Of a DNA stretch of 64,000 nt, positions 29,401 through 35,868 are shown piece after piece (positions within the stretch are counted from its first letter, which is position 1; every line of letters starts with the position of its first letter). Below the pieces are notes generated by a model that was not told the origin of the DNA, made no database searches, and saw only the letters and a program-made list of their open reading frames with translations. The stretch lies in the NCBI GenBank assembly GCA_037142195.1, contig JBAXBA010000006.1, positions 1 through 64,000 of the forward strand, in the 5' to 3' direction. Origin of the DNA: Pseudomonadota bacterium (GTDB lineage Bacteria; Bdellovibrionota_B; Oligoflexia; Oligoflexales; CAIMVM01). The translations under genes and the position numbers were made by a program.

Positions 29401-29860
29401 TCAGGAGGGCGCCAAACAATTTAAGGTAAATATGAGAGGCAAAGTAGCCCTCGATTCAAAAATTCAGGGGGAATTCCATCTCCTAGAGATTAGCGGGCAT
29501 CACCTAATAGGCAAAGATGGGCTGCCTATTCTTGCTTTGGGAAAGGATCAAAACTACCCCCCGCTCGATGTCTTTGGAGTGTTGCCAGCAAGTCAGACGC
29601 TATTTTTGAATATTTGTGGGACCGATTTAGGTTCCCCCCTTCTTAGGGCTATAGCTTCTGCTAAGGGTTCTCGTCAAATCATTGATGCAAGGGGGGCCGT
29701 TTCGGAGCTCAGTAGCTTCATGGTCTCTAAAACATTGATGCCTTTGGTTGCATCTGGGCAAAAAATAGACGAGGCGCTGCAAAACACCCGCGATATACTT
29801 GCAAGACAGGGAAAGCATCCCAGCTATTGGGCGAGGTTTAGAGCTTGGGCTACTTATTAG
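23441..29860 (+). CDS. Exported PD40/TolB-like propeller - TPR - CHAT (caspase-like) protein
   Basis: Signal peptide; EESPSVSPDGKFVSYIS; DSNGDGKIDSTDD; many TPR-like helices; C-terminal LFDELLKPV, LPLPLELL, EISGH, FLNICGT, HPSYWARF. Confidence 0.8.
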   Translation: MSIPTWRSLVFWLLGLTLGSSYGYAICEFNGPGNYCKGQAISIAAGNITDFVLVPGSDWIIGVSDAKGQKDLVGINKTNSTFLFLTDSTSDEESPSVSPDGKFVSYISRANDPLGNVVVAKLSVGKKISLTQVDEIKLPNSQESHPTLTNNAVYFSSNMVTDNNSKIFTKTLKTREISNFSVGDTPVVSASDQVVWNQNGRLIIGKNSNLRPLFKKDGFLRRSAIFVGESTLIYLRYSADSNGDGKIDSTDDYEVVKVGIKDLGVVGEEEILKFGDLQILTLASTQGKLIVSERTKSGYQLMEYQETPRECSLASAVERDQYETFISVCSAATFGVMRSLEWRYVIRNTTLSGSPAAMTLNQNSCPHSECDFASVKARYTSELSSLLSSRSYSFPAEILVDFALRTKRLKNEDAYFLLRTVKNLSPYTLSRLIGFMSSSPSYLQYLRNLVQSTELNTAFFASLGIVSHIAEAGDSDLALNQLAFTTREFAKRGLDVSPALKKACELSSAAGLRGLMKIPLLELSTASFSAPWIKQKSYYSAKNYLVGEGNDAIAKGEQAVARSSFLSALTFDPNSLGAKKGLVQLGYPLPGHQEIDQILKKTSEININLDPSKRSSLAREILTEIRKFSGVYDHESEYFRLLGWLNFQIHLAEVANSNSVSGFFKNRMDILGGIFGFSPTNYLEESLTELRRAEKIERNFGSISPLLSQDLAIVLFEQGDFKSAFSLSLERVRSISALKFEDAEVASYFLSLASSAAGKLDEHNIAIQLAGAAEIEARKINDSALLKIKKSKVYLLFQAGRYEEAAAEASTIAAVSEEGIATRFKLLRVWFLRLAGKTSLSQKEFKSLDLTHLESLKPVLGEDVFQLAKWLQREMTSLPAEKDQILADVNQAQTQVGFFGRIVNRVLGNTDIFVSRAKLAIDSAQKLSRAGLTDDAAKVLTNSRSDLDRVASDVFNRETSLILGYWLDLSLAVSKNRQEIQSDMLRFLELAEKGCKKIDNGDRNKNCIAIKSSIESRMSLGSFSYHGGLDYHSSRPFYLSSPEKISLFLSEEGEKMEGARRWISLVAVNRIEDGLALWAKGVLSGELRGYDLDEVLSYFSRLPIASQNVLNRGIFRGAKLVRMRQALGLDSSEMLDYLAKVDFSGNKSADYSGRFNFLTHEKVSNEFFMFDVAVSDVALSESNVRLPVADTSALKWIPLQVDLAKLDSLKPLLNDLKSSGKEGVQLTVCATKTQSERPLSKGDEESLDRLYASTWDYFKGNIVISFECLDSTKSEPLSEDYFDAIDSGLSDAAYFKAWSSGLAKEADPKLRSELLDRLSKELVGRKNNTLAYQVLSVLTYLPDRDVSKSYTALATIASRLKKWDLVKRALDHLDSYYSSHEVEPALRLDLLRMKAILAESTLKKEDVISQWQRFIEASQAKLDHQAKVRGLVSLGNYLLDKVSDFSGAQKYYAEAASYAEEKKIGSFEAKFGLAMIKMRSNSFNGALSDLKQLEVDETSTGNDLITLKINQQLNSALFGLGRLSEASIRQGKTRALFAKLNSASLRSRYEILDLNLNGMILAKQGWYQLATQQFTKALSLSEESKFPELMSLVLANQGFWMRAYGFVDLSVKNYERALQLDDPLDETAIASDKRNLGLAALAAFDLASSHRYLSESESLSIRLGLDSNLALSRMGLSEILYKGQNFEEALKKINLSISYFLKDYNPEYFWRALYARSEISRKRGAIEAAQKDLDRALLVALSLPPGQRLGLGPDTTWVDVTMRDVVDRWLEYSGARDPNLAAGILGYFQFREQMDQLTSIPGASEKLSDLTIKLAKELGDGEASAKSSDDQVKTQLSSLSQSFLARLPSDTLVLWSLKVNVVALRRMEGKFAFYSIPFEKSVLSRYGDFSEKLLSFSGETEILRVNLFDELLKPVFPSELPKNISIIASKEFLPLPLELLGPEKNRYLGIETKVNWLLPKLGPDLSSRENGFWGGTVFDGLDRLELVQEGAKQFKVNMRGKVALDSKIQGEFHLLEISGHHLIGKDGLPILALGKDQNYPPLDVFGVLPASQTLFLNICGTDLGSPLLRAIASAKGSRQIIDARGAVSELSSFMVSKTLMPLVASGQKIDEALQNTRDILARQGKHPSYWARFRAWATY

Positions 29861-31266
29861 TTTTCTTCTTGATGTTTTGGGCTTGTGGAAAAGACAAGTC
29901 TAAATGGGATGCGTCAGGCGGGAATGAAGACCCTCCCGGCCCCACAGATTCTGGACTGACTTCGGTATCTGGTTTGATTCAGGTAAATGGCTCTCCAACA
30001 GAAAACCTAACCGTTTCCTCGCTAGATTTGACAACAGGCTCAAGGCTATCAGCCACAACCAGTAAACTTGGCACGTGGCAGTTTAAAACGAGCCAATTTT
30101 CCGTGGGTCATGAATACAGTTTTCAGATCTTAAGTGCCGACCAGGTATTGTTGGCAATTATGGATTTTTCTGATGTTTCTGGGCTACAAGGAGCGATTTC
30201 TTATAACGGTGGCTTTGGAATGGATGTAGGAATCCTTGATTTGCCAGTGGACAACTTTGGCCTCGTCGATCTCGCTCGCCTACGTGCGACACCTCCTCGC
30301 GCAGCGATTTCAGGTGGATTTTCCGTGGTGGTGGGTAAGTCTGGAACCATTGATGAGGTCACTTTGCCTTCATTTCTTGATGGCTCCAAATCCAGTTTTG
30401 GACATTCTTTAAATTGTAGTTTGGAATCAGATATTTTGAATGGGTTCTATTTGAAATCGACGAACCCAGCCCTATATCAGCAAGTTTTAAATAAGTGTAG
30501 CGGCTTTTTTCTTCACTACACACCTGCAACAGACAAAACCCTAAAGCAGTTATGGGCTGCTATTCCATCGCCTTGGATGCAGCTGGCTAGAAAAAAAAAG
30601 GATATGTTTTCCAGCGAGACTTCGGCTGATCCCTGGGATGCAACGAAACGCTTTCTTTTGGCTGAGAGTGGCGTGATATCTGGTGATTTTACATTGCCAA
30701 AACTTCCGTGCTTTGGCTGTGTCATGGATTTCTATATATCCGAATCTTCGAGTTCTACTCCCCAGCTTATTTCTCAAGGTGTTGCCGCGCGTTTGGCCAT
30801 GATCCCAAAGCCTTTGGCTGCGGATAAAGGCTCCACGTCCTATTCCATTTCCTACTCAAATTCCATCCTAGATAACGGCCTGAATCGGCCTTTTGCACTC
30901 GCTTCGAATTCAAACCCCGTCGTGTTGAGTTTGTCGAGGCCTTTACTAGAAAGTCAAGTTCCACCCGTCGATTCTCGCTGGATCTATATCAAGCCCACAT
31001 ACTATCTGTCAGGGGTTGAGATAACACCATCTGCTTCAGATTATAGCTCTCCTTACAATGAAGACTATAAAAATGGCTCTTACCAGTGGGTTGCAAGCAC
31101 TCGCTTATTAACCCTTGAAATAACTGATGGCACGAACCCTGATAGTGTAAGTATCCCGGATGAAATCTTTCTAAGAGGAAGTTCCAAGTCAGATTTCGTA
31201 AAGCTTAAAATTATATATGAAACCAAAACTTCTAAATCCGGGACGATTGTAAACTTTAAAAAATAA
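29845..31266 (+). CDS. Hypothetical lipoprotein
   Basis: FWA-C lipobox, Gly/Pro linker, Ser/Thr-rich beta-type body; TTG start overlaps the end of the CHAT gene. Confidence 0.7.
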   Translation: MGYLLVFFLMFWACGKDKSKWDASGGNEDPPGPTDSGLTSVSGLIQVNGSPTENLTVSSLDLTTGSRLSATTSKLGTWQFKTSQFSVGHEYSFQILSADQVLLAIMDFSDVSGLQGAISYNGGFGMDVGILDLPVDNFGLVDLARLRATPPRAAISGGFSVVVGKSGTIDEVTLPSFLDGSKSSFGHSLNCSLESDILNGFYLKSTNPALYQQVLNKCSGFFLHYTPATDKTLKQLWAAIPSPWMQLARKKKDMFSSETSADPWDATKRFLLAESGVISGDFTLPKLPCFGCVMDFYISESSSSTPQLISQGVAARLAMIPKPLAADKGSTSYSISYSNSILDNGLNRPFALASNSNPVVLSLSRPLLESQVPPVDSRWIYIKPTYYLSGVEITPSASDYSSPYNEDYKNGSYQWVASTRLLTLEITDGTNPDSVSIPDEIFLRGSSKSDFVKLKIIYETKTSKSGTIVNFKK

Positions 31267-31270
31267 AGTT

Positions 31271-33418
31271 CTAGCCTACCTTGTCAACCCCAAGAGTTTC
31301 CGCCCTTTTAATAGATTCTCGCGGCATAAATCGCGGCTGCTTTTTTTGGAGCATCTTGCTTATGAGCTCATGAGGCTTCGTATCCTTTACAATTTTGTAG
31401 CAGCCTAAGTCTCCAGCTTTCTTTTCAATGGCTTCGATGCTTGCGTTGTTTTCTTCCTTCACTGTCAATTCATTCGGACTACCGATTTCTAGTGATGGTG
31501 AGGCATCATTCGTCTTTAGTTTGAATTCTATTCCATCTCTAATAGATTTGCCGATTCTATCTCTCAGTGAGTGAGCTTTCTTTTCAATCTTGGTAGGACC
31601 CAAGGCTAAAGCGTCATTAACTGCATTTTGGGCATCCATTAAACTATTTTGCTTGATCATGGCAAGAGCTAAATTGTACTTAACTATAGCTCTAACTTCT
31701 ATTCTATCTTGCGGAATAGAGTCATAAGTTTTGTTGTAGAGCGTGATTCCTTCTGGAGATTTTCCAGATTTAGAAAAGGCGACAGCACGATTATTCATAT
31801 AAGAGATGATGTCCGTAAGGGAGTCCATTTTTTCCATGATAGATCTTGCCTCGGAAATGTCTCCACCATTCAGAGCAACCTTCGCTGCGGTTTCCGTCAC
31901 TTCTGGCGAAGTAGGATCTTGTTCTTTTGCTTTTTCTAGATTCTCTTTCGCCGCTTGGGCCTGCCCCTGTTCGGAATGAACAGCAGCTATCTCACATAAA
32001 CGCCCAATATTCATTGGGGACAGCATTTGTGCTCTTTCAAAACATTTAAGTGATGCAGCATAATCACCTAGGCGCAAGAAGCATTTTCCAAGAAGGCTTA
32101 AAAGTGTGATGGAATCTGTAGACATTTTTAGAGCCGCTATGCCAGCATCTCGAGCTTCGGAAAATTTATTTTCTGCGAGAAAAAATTCGGCTTCTATTTT
32201 CAGCTTTCTTGATTTAGGTATGCTTTGGTCGTCTGCAACCTGATTTCTATAGCTTCCAGCTGTTTGAAAGTCTTTTGCAGCTATGGCTTGCCTTATTTTT
32301 CTTTCAAGTGCGTCTATGTCTGTAGGGGAGCGATCTTGTTGAATAGTGTAAATGATTTCACTTAAAATTTTGGGTCTATCGGAGGGTTTTGAAATCGTAG
32401 CGGAAACACCCATTTCATGAACCAACGGCTTGTCAGATTCCTCAAACACACTAGTCGCCACAATAACTGGCGCCATAGGGAACTTATGACGTATGCGTTG
32501 TAGTAAAAGAGGCCCTGTCAGTCCAGGTATCTTCCATTCGTGTATAACTAGGCCGACCTTTTCTTGTGTGTCAAACCATTTCCAAGCTTCCTCACCATCG
32601 GAAAAGCAGTGAACCCCTGGAACGCCCGCATCTTTTAGGGCAGTTTCTAATTCTGAGTTAAATCCCGCATCGGGATCAACGATGGCAACTGTCTCGATGC
32701 CTAGCAGATTGGCCCCATCAAGACCTATTTTTTGACTTAAGTACTCATCGCTTCCTAGCAGAGTCTTAGATATTTCGGAAGCAGAAGGAGTTAATGAAGG
32801 ATCAAGAGTAATGGCTTGTTTGAATGCAATTTTCGCGAGATCCTGCTTCCCATTTCCGGCATAGGCTTTTCCTAGTAGCATCAAAAACATGGGGTTACCC
32901 GGATTTATTTTGAGAATAAAGTTTTTTATGGATTCAATTCTCTCGTCGTGGCGCTCCTTTTTTTCCAAATACTCGTCATACTTGTGAAGAGAATACTGGG
33001 TCTCGTCAAATTGGAACTTTTCTAAATCTTGTAAAATCTGTTTCAGATTTGTTGTTAAGGAGTCTTTATTGAACGGCTTAGATAGCCAACCCAAGCCTCC
33101 TCTTTCTACTAAAGATGGTATCAAATCCAACTCGGTTTCTTCTAATACAGCTGTGACTCGAGTGTGGCGGAGTTCAGGGAAATCGATAATGGTTTGCAGA
33201 AGGTGAAGAATGTTGAAGTCCTGGTCTGCTGAGACCGGTGATATGATCCAATCGACCTTTTCTACTTCAAGCAGGCTATATAGATCTTTAATAGAACTAA
33301 TTCCCTGGACATTTTCAAAACCAAGTGACCGCATTACGTCTGCTAGGAGCTGTCTAACTGGGGCAGATGCATCTATAGCGACGACCTTGATGGATTTATT
33401 CTTTAGATTTGATGGCAT
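31271..33418 (-). CDS. Double receiver-like domain plus TPR protein
   Basis: Receiver folds KVVAID..WLSKPF and VAIVDPD..VIHEWKIP..ISKP, interleaved with TPRs (LGKAYAGNGKQDLAK, LGKCFLRLGDYAAS). Confidence 0.85.
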   Translation of the reverse strand: MPSNLKNKSIKVVAIDASAPVRQLLADVMRSLGFENVQGISSIKDLYSLLEVEKVDWIISPVSADQDFNILHLLQTIIDFPELRHTRVTAVLEETELDLIPSLVERGGLGWLSKPFNKDSLTTNLKQILQDLEKFQFDETQYSLHKYDEYLEKKERHDERIESIKNFILKINPGNPMFLMLLGKAYAGNGKQDLAKIAFKQAITLDPSLTPSASEISKTLLGSDEYLSQKIGLDGANLLGIETVAIVDPDAGFNSELETALKDAGVPGVHCFSDGEEAWKWFDTQEKVGLVIHEWKIPGLTGPLLLQRIRHKFPMAPVIVATSVFEESDKPLVHEMGVSATISKPSDRPKILSEIIYTIQQDRSPTDIDALERKIRQAIAAKDFQTAGSYRNQVADDQSIPKSRKLKIEAEFFLAENKFSEARDAGIAALKMSTDSITLLSLLGKCFLRLGDYAASLKCFERAQMLSPMNIGRLCEIAAVHSEQGQAQAAKENLEKAKEQDPTSPEVTETAAKVALNGGDISEARSIMEKMDSLTDIISYMNNRAVAFSKSGKSPEGITLYNKTYDSIPQDRIEVRAIVKYNLALAMIKQNSLMDAQNAVNDALALGPTKIEKKAHSLRDRIGKSIRDGIEFKLKTNDASPSLEIGSPNELTVKEENNASIEAIEKKAGDLGCYKIVKDTKPHELISKMLQKKQPRFMPRESIKRAETLGVDKVG

Positions 33419-33461
33419 CCTGACAACCCCATAAAACTGGTTACTTTTATAACTTAACCTT

Positions 33462-33488
33462 GTTTCGGAATATGGCTAAAAACGTTGA
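33462..33488 (-). promoter_or_regulatory. Sigma28-like promoter candidate
   Basis: TCAA-N15-TCCGAAAC on the minus strand, 44 bp upstream of the ATG. Confidence 0.45.
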
Positions 33489-33613
33489 GTAAATACGTGA
33501 CTTTAAATAAATAGTGCAATATAATCGATTGGTTGAGCATTGTGGCTTTTTGTTTTTTGGGAATTACATTAGCCTCGGGTCAAAGTTTTAATAGAAGTGC
33601 GGGGGATCTTGAA

Positions 33614-34603
33614 TTGAGCGAGAAGCTAAAAACGATGGTTTGGACGAGTTTAAAGTTAGCGGTCGCTTTTGGGATGATCTTTTGGATGATCAAAAGCGGA
33701 AAATTGGATATGGCTTCTCTTAAAGTTTTCATGGACCATCCCTGGGCGCTTTTTGCTTGTTTTGTTTATTGGCTCTTTTTTGGATTATTGTGTGGATCTA
33801 CCCGCTGGTTTCTGCTCTTGCGCGGTTTAGGTATCGCGTTGCCCTATTTTCAAGCTATCCGTCTTTCCTTAATTGGATTGTTTTTTAACTCTGCCATGCC
33901 TGGGGCTGTAGGCGGTGATGTCATTAAGGCTATTTATATTTCCAAATCGGCACACCATGGACAAAAAGGGGCCACCTTGGTGTCTGTCGTGCTTGATCGA
34001 GTGGTAGGGCTTTACGGCCTATTTACCTTTGCTGCCTTTATTTCCATCTTGGCTTGGAGCGGTTTGTCACAAAATCCCATTTTAAGTCATATGTCCCATA
34101 TCGTACTTTTTCTATTTGGCGCCATTACTCTCGCTTTTGCTCACGTTCTTTTTCATCCTAAACGATTTGATGTTGTCGACAAGGTACTTAGTATTTCTCT
34201 TCTTCGTAAATTCAGGGGGCTTTATCATTCTCTTTTGCGGTATAGAGAGGCCAAGTCCTGTTTATTTTTTGCATGGCTTATTTCCATAGGAATTCAGGGC
34301 GCTTCTATATTGTTATATTGGAAAATTGCGGAGCTATTGACGGAGCAAAATATAGGATTTGTTAAATTTTGTACCGCGGCTCCCCTGGCTATTTTGGCAA
34401 CGGCTATTCCTCTTGCTCCAGGAGGTCTGGGAGTTGGCCACGTGGCATTTGAGAGAATTTTAGGATTTATTGGTGTGGATGGAGGCGCCAATATATTTAA
34501 CGTAGTATTCTTGACTTCCATGGCTTTCAATTTTTCCGGGATCATCCCCTATTTGATGCAATCTAAAGTAAAACTTCATGCCGAAGTCAAAACGAATAGA
34601 TAG
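33614..34603 (+). CDS. Lysylphosphatidylglycerol-synthase TM (UPF0104) flippase-like protein
   Basis: RWFLLL, IGLFFNSAMPGAVGGDVIK, SVVLDRVVGL, IPLAPGGLGV; start placed at the TTG at 33614 after a GGGGGA RBS. Confidence 0.88.
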   Translation: MSEKLKTMVWTSLKLAVAFGMIFWMIKSGKLDMASLKVFMDHPWALFACFVYWLFFGLLCGSTRWFLLLRGLGIALPYFQAIRLSLIGLFFNSAMPGAVGGDVIKAIYISKSAHHGQKGATLVSVVLDRVVGLYGLFTFAAFISILAWSGLSQNPILSHMSHIVLFLFGAITLAFAHVLFHPKRFDVVDKVLSISLLRKFRGLYHSLLRYREAKSCLFFAWLISIGIQGASILLYWKIAELLTEQNIGFVKFCTAAPLAILATAIPLAPGGLGVGHVAFERILGFIGVDGGANIFNVVFLTSMAFNFSGIIPYLMQSKVKLHAEVKTNR

Positions 34604-34766
34604 TTAAGACGGGACTCCATCACCATTTCATAGCATAGAAAGAGCCACCTCCAGAAGCTCTTAAGAATGAAATTTAGAATACATGGGCTTTGATTGATTT
34701 CTCTTAAGCTTCCTGGCGCTCGTGCCTCCTATGAGAATTCATTTTCGAATAGGCAGTTGGAAATGG

Positions 34767-34798
34767 AAAAGCCAGGCTAGCATATATACCGGCCTGGC
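34767..34798 (-). terminator. Probable nrdAB terminator
   Basis: GCCAGGC..GCCTGGC stem followed by TTTT on the minus strand. Confidence 0.6.
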
Positions 34799-34835
34799 CC
34801 TAACGGTATAGGATGGGAGGCAGAGCCTCGCCATT

Positions 34836-35831
34836 TTAGAACTCTTCGTTAAAACTCACGTCGCCTTCAATTCCTACCTGATAAGCGGAAACGCGTCGTT
34901 CGAAAAAGTTTGTTAACTCTTGTACATCCTGAAGTTCCATAAATGAAAATGGATTCTCTGCATGATATACGGGGCTAATTCCAAGTGCTATCAATCTTTG
35001 GTCTGCACAATGCTCTAGATATTTTCTCATGTCTACCTTTGGCAGGCCAATCACACCAAACTGCAAAGCATCTTCAGCAAAAAGCATCTCACATTCAATG
35101 GCTTCATCAATCATGGTAACTATGCGTCGTTGTAGATCGAGGTCAAAAAGACTAGGGTCTTCTTGTCTTGCGGTCCTGATGACTTCAAAAGCAAATTCCA
35201 TGTGGCATGACTCATCGCGGAATACCCAGTTGGTTCCGGTCGCTAGTCCATGGAGAAGCCCTTTAGATCTCAAAAAATACACGTAAGCAAATGCGGCGAA
35301 GAAAAACAGACCTTCGATGCAACTAGCAAAACAAACCATATTAAGAATAAATTGTTTCTTATCGTCCCTGGTTTCAATTTTTTCGAGGCTATTGATGCTA
35401 TCGATATATTTAAAACAAAAGTCAGCTTTTTGTTTAATGGAAGAGATGTTCTCAACAGCTTGGAAAGCTTGAGCTCTCTCTTTTTCATCGGGAAGATAGG
35501 TGTCTAGCAAAGTCAAATAGAGTTGAACATGTAGGGCTTCCTCATAGATTTGACGGGAAAGATACATTCGTGCTTCTGGCGAATTAATGTGCTTGTAAAG
35601 ATTAAGCACGAGATTATTGGAAACGATAGAATCCCCGGTTGCAAAAAATGCCACAAGACGTTTTATGAGATGTTGCTCTCCTGGAGAAAGTTTTTCCAAG
35701 TCTTTAATGTCATTTGAGAAGTCAACTTCTTCAACGGTCCAAGTGTTTTTAATGGCGTTTCTATACATATCATAGAATTTGGGGTATTTCATGGGCCTTA
35801 GATTTAGATTAAATCCTGGGTCTAGTAGCAT
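34836..35831 (-). CDS. nrdB: Class Ia ribonucleotide reductase beta subunit
   Basis: FFATGD, EEALHVQLY (radical Tyr at H+4), IEGLFF, RDESCH, NFFERRV..Y. Confidence 0.96.
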   Translation of the reverse strand: MLLDPGFNLNLRPMKYPKFYDMYRNAIKNTWTVEEVDFSNDIKDLEKLSPGEQHLIKRLVAFFATGDSIVSNNLVLNLYKHINSPEARMYLSRQIYEEALHVQLYLTLLDTYLPDEKERAQAFQAVENISSIKQKADFCFKYIDSINSLEKIETRDDKKQFILNMVCFASCIEGLFFFAAFAYVYFLRSKGLLHGLATGTNWVFRDESCHMEFAFEVIRTARQEDPSLFDLDLQRRIVTMIDEAIECEMLFAEDALQFGVIGLPKVDMRKYLEHCADQRLIALGISPVYHAENPFSFMELQDVQELTNFFERRVSAYQVGIEGDVSFNEEF

Positions 35832-35868
35832 TTGGTCTCACTTTCTTTAAAAAAATCATTTTAGGGTC

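Noticed and set aside
23441..29860. CRISPR type III-E or gasdermin-linked CHAT defence system
   Set aside because: No cas, gasdermin or NLR-like neighbours, and the protein has an export signal.
34650..34716. MITE-like inverted repeat between the flippase gene and nrdB
   Set aside because: The arms need several gaps to pair, and I saw no second copy.
34836..35831. Non-canonical (class Ic/Ie) RNR beta subunit
   Set aside because: The Asp/Glu/His ligands and the radical Tyr are all present, consistent with class Ia.
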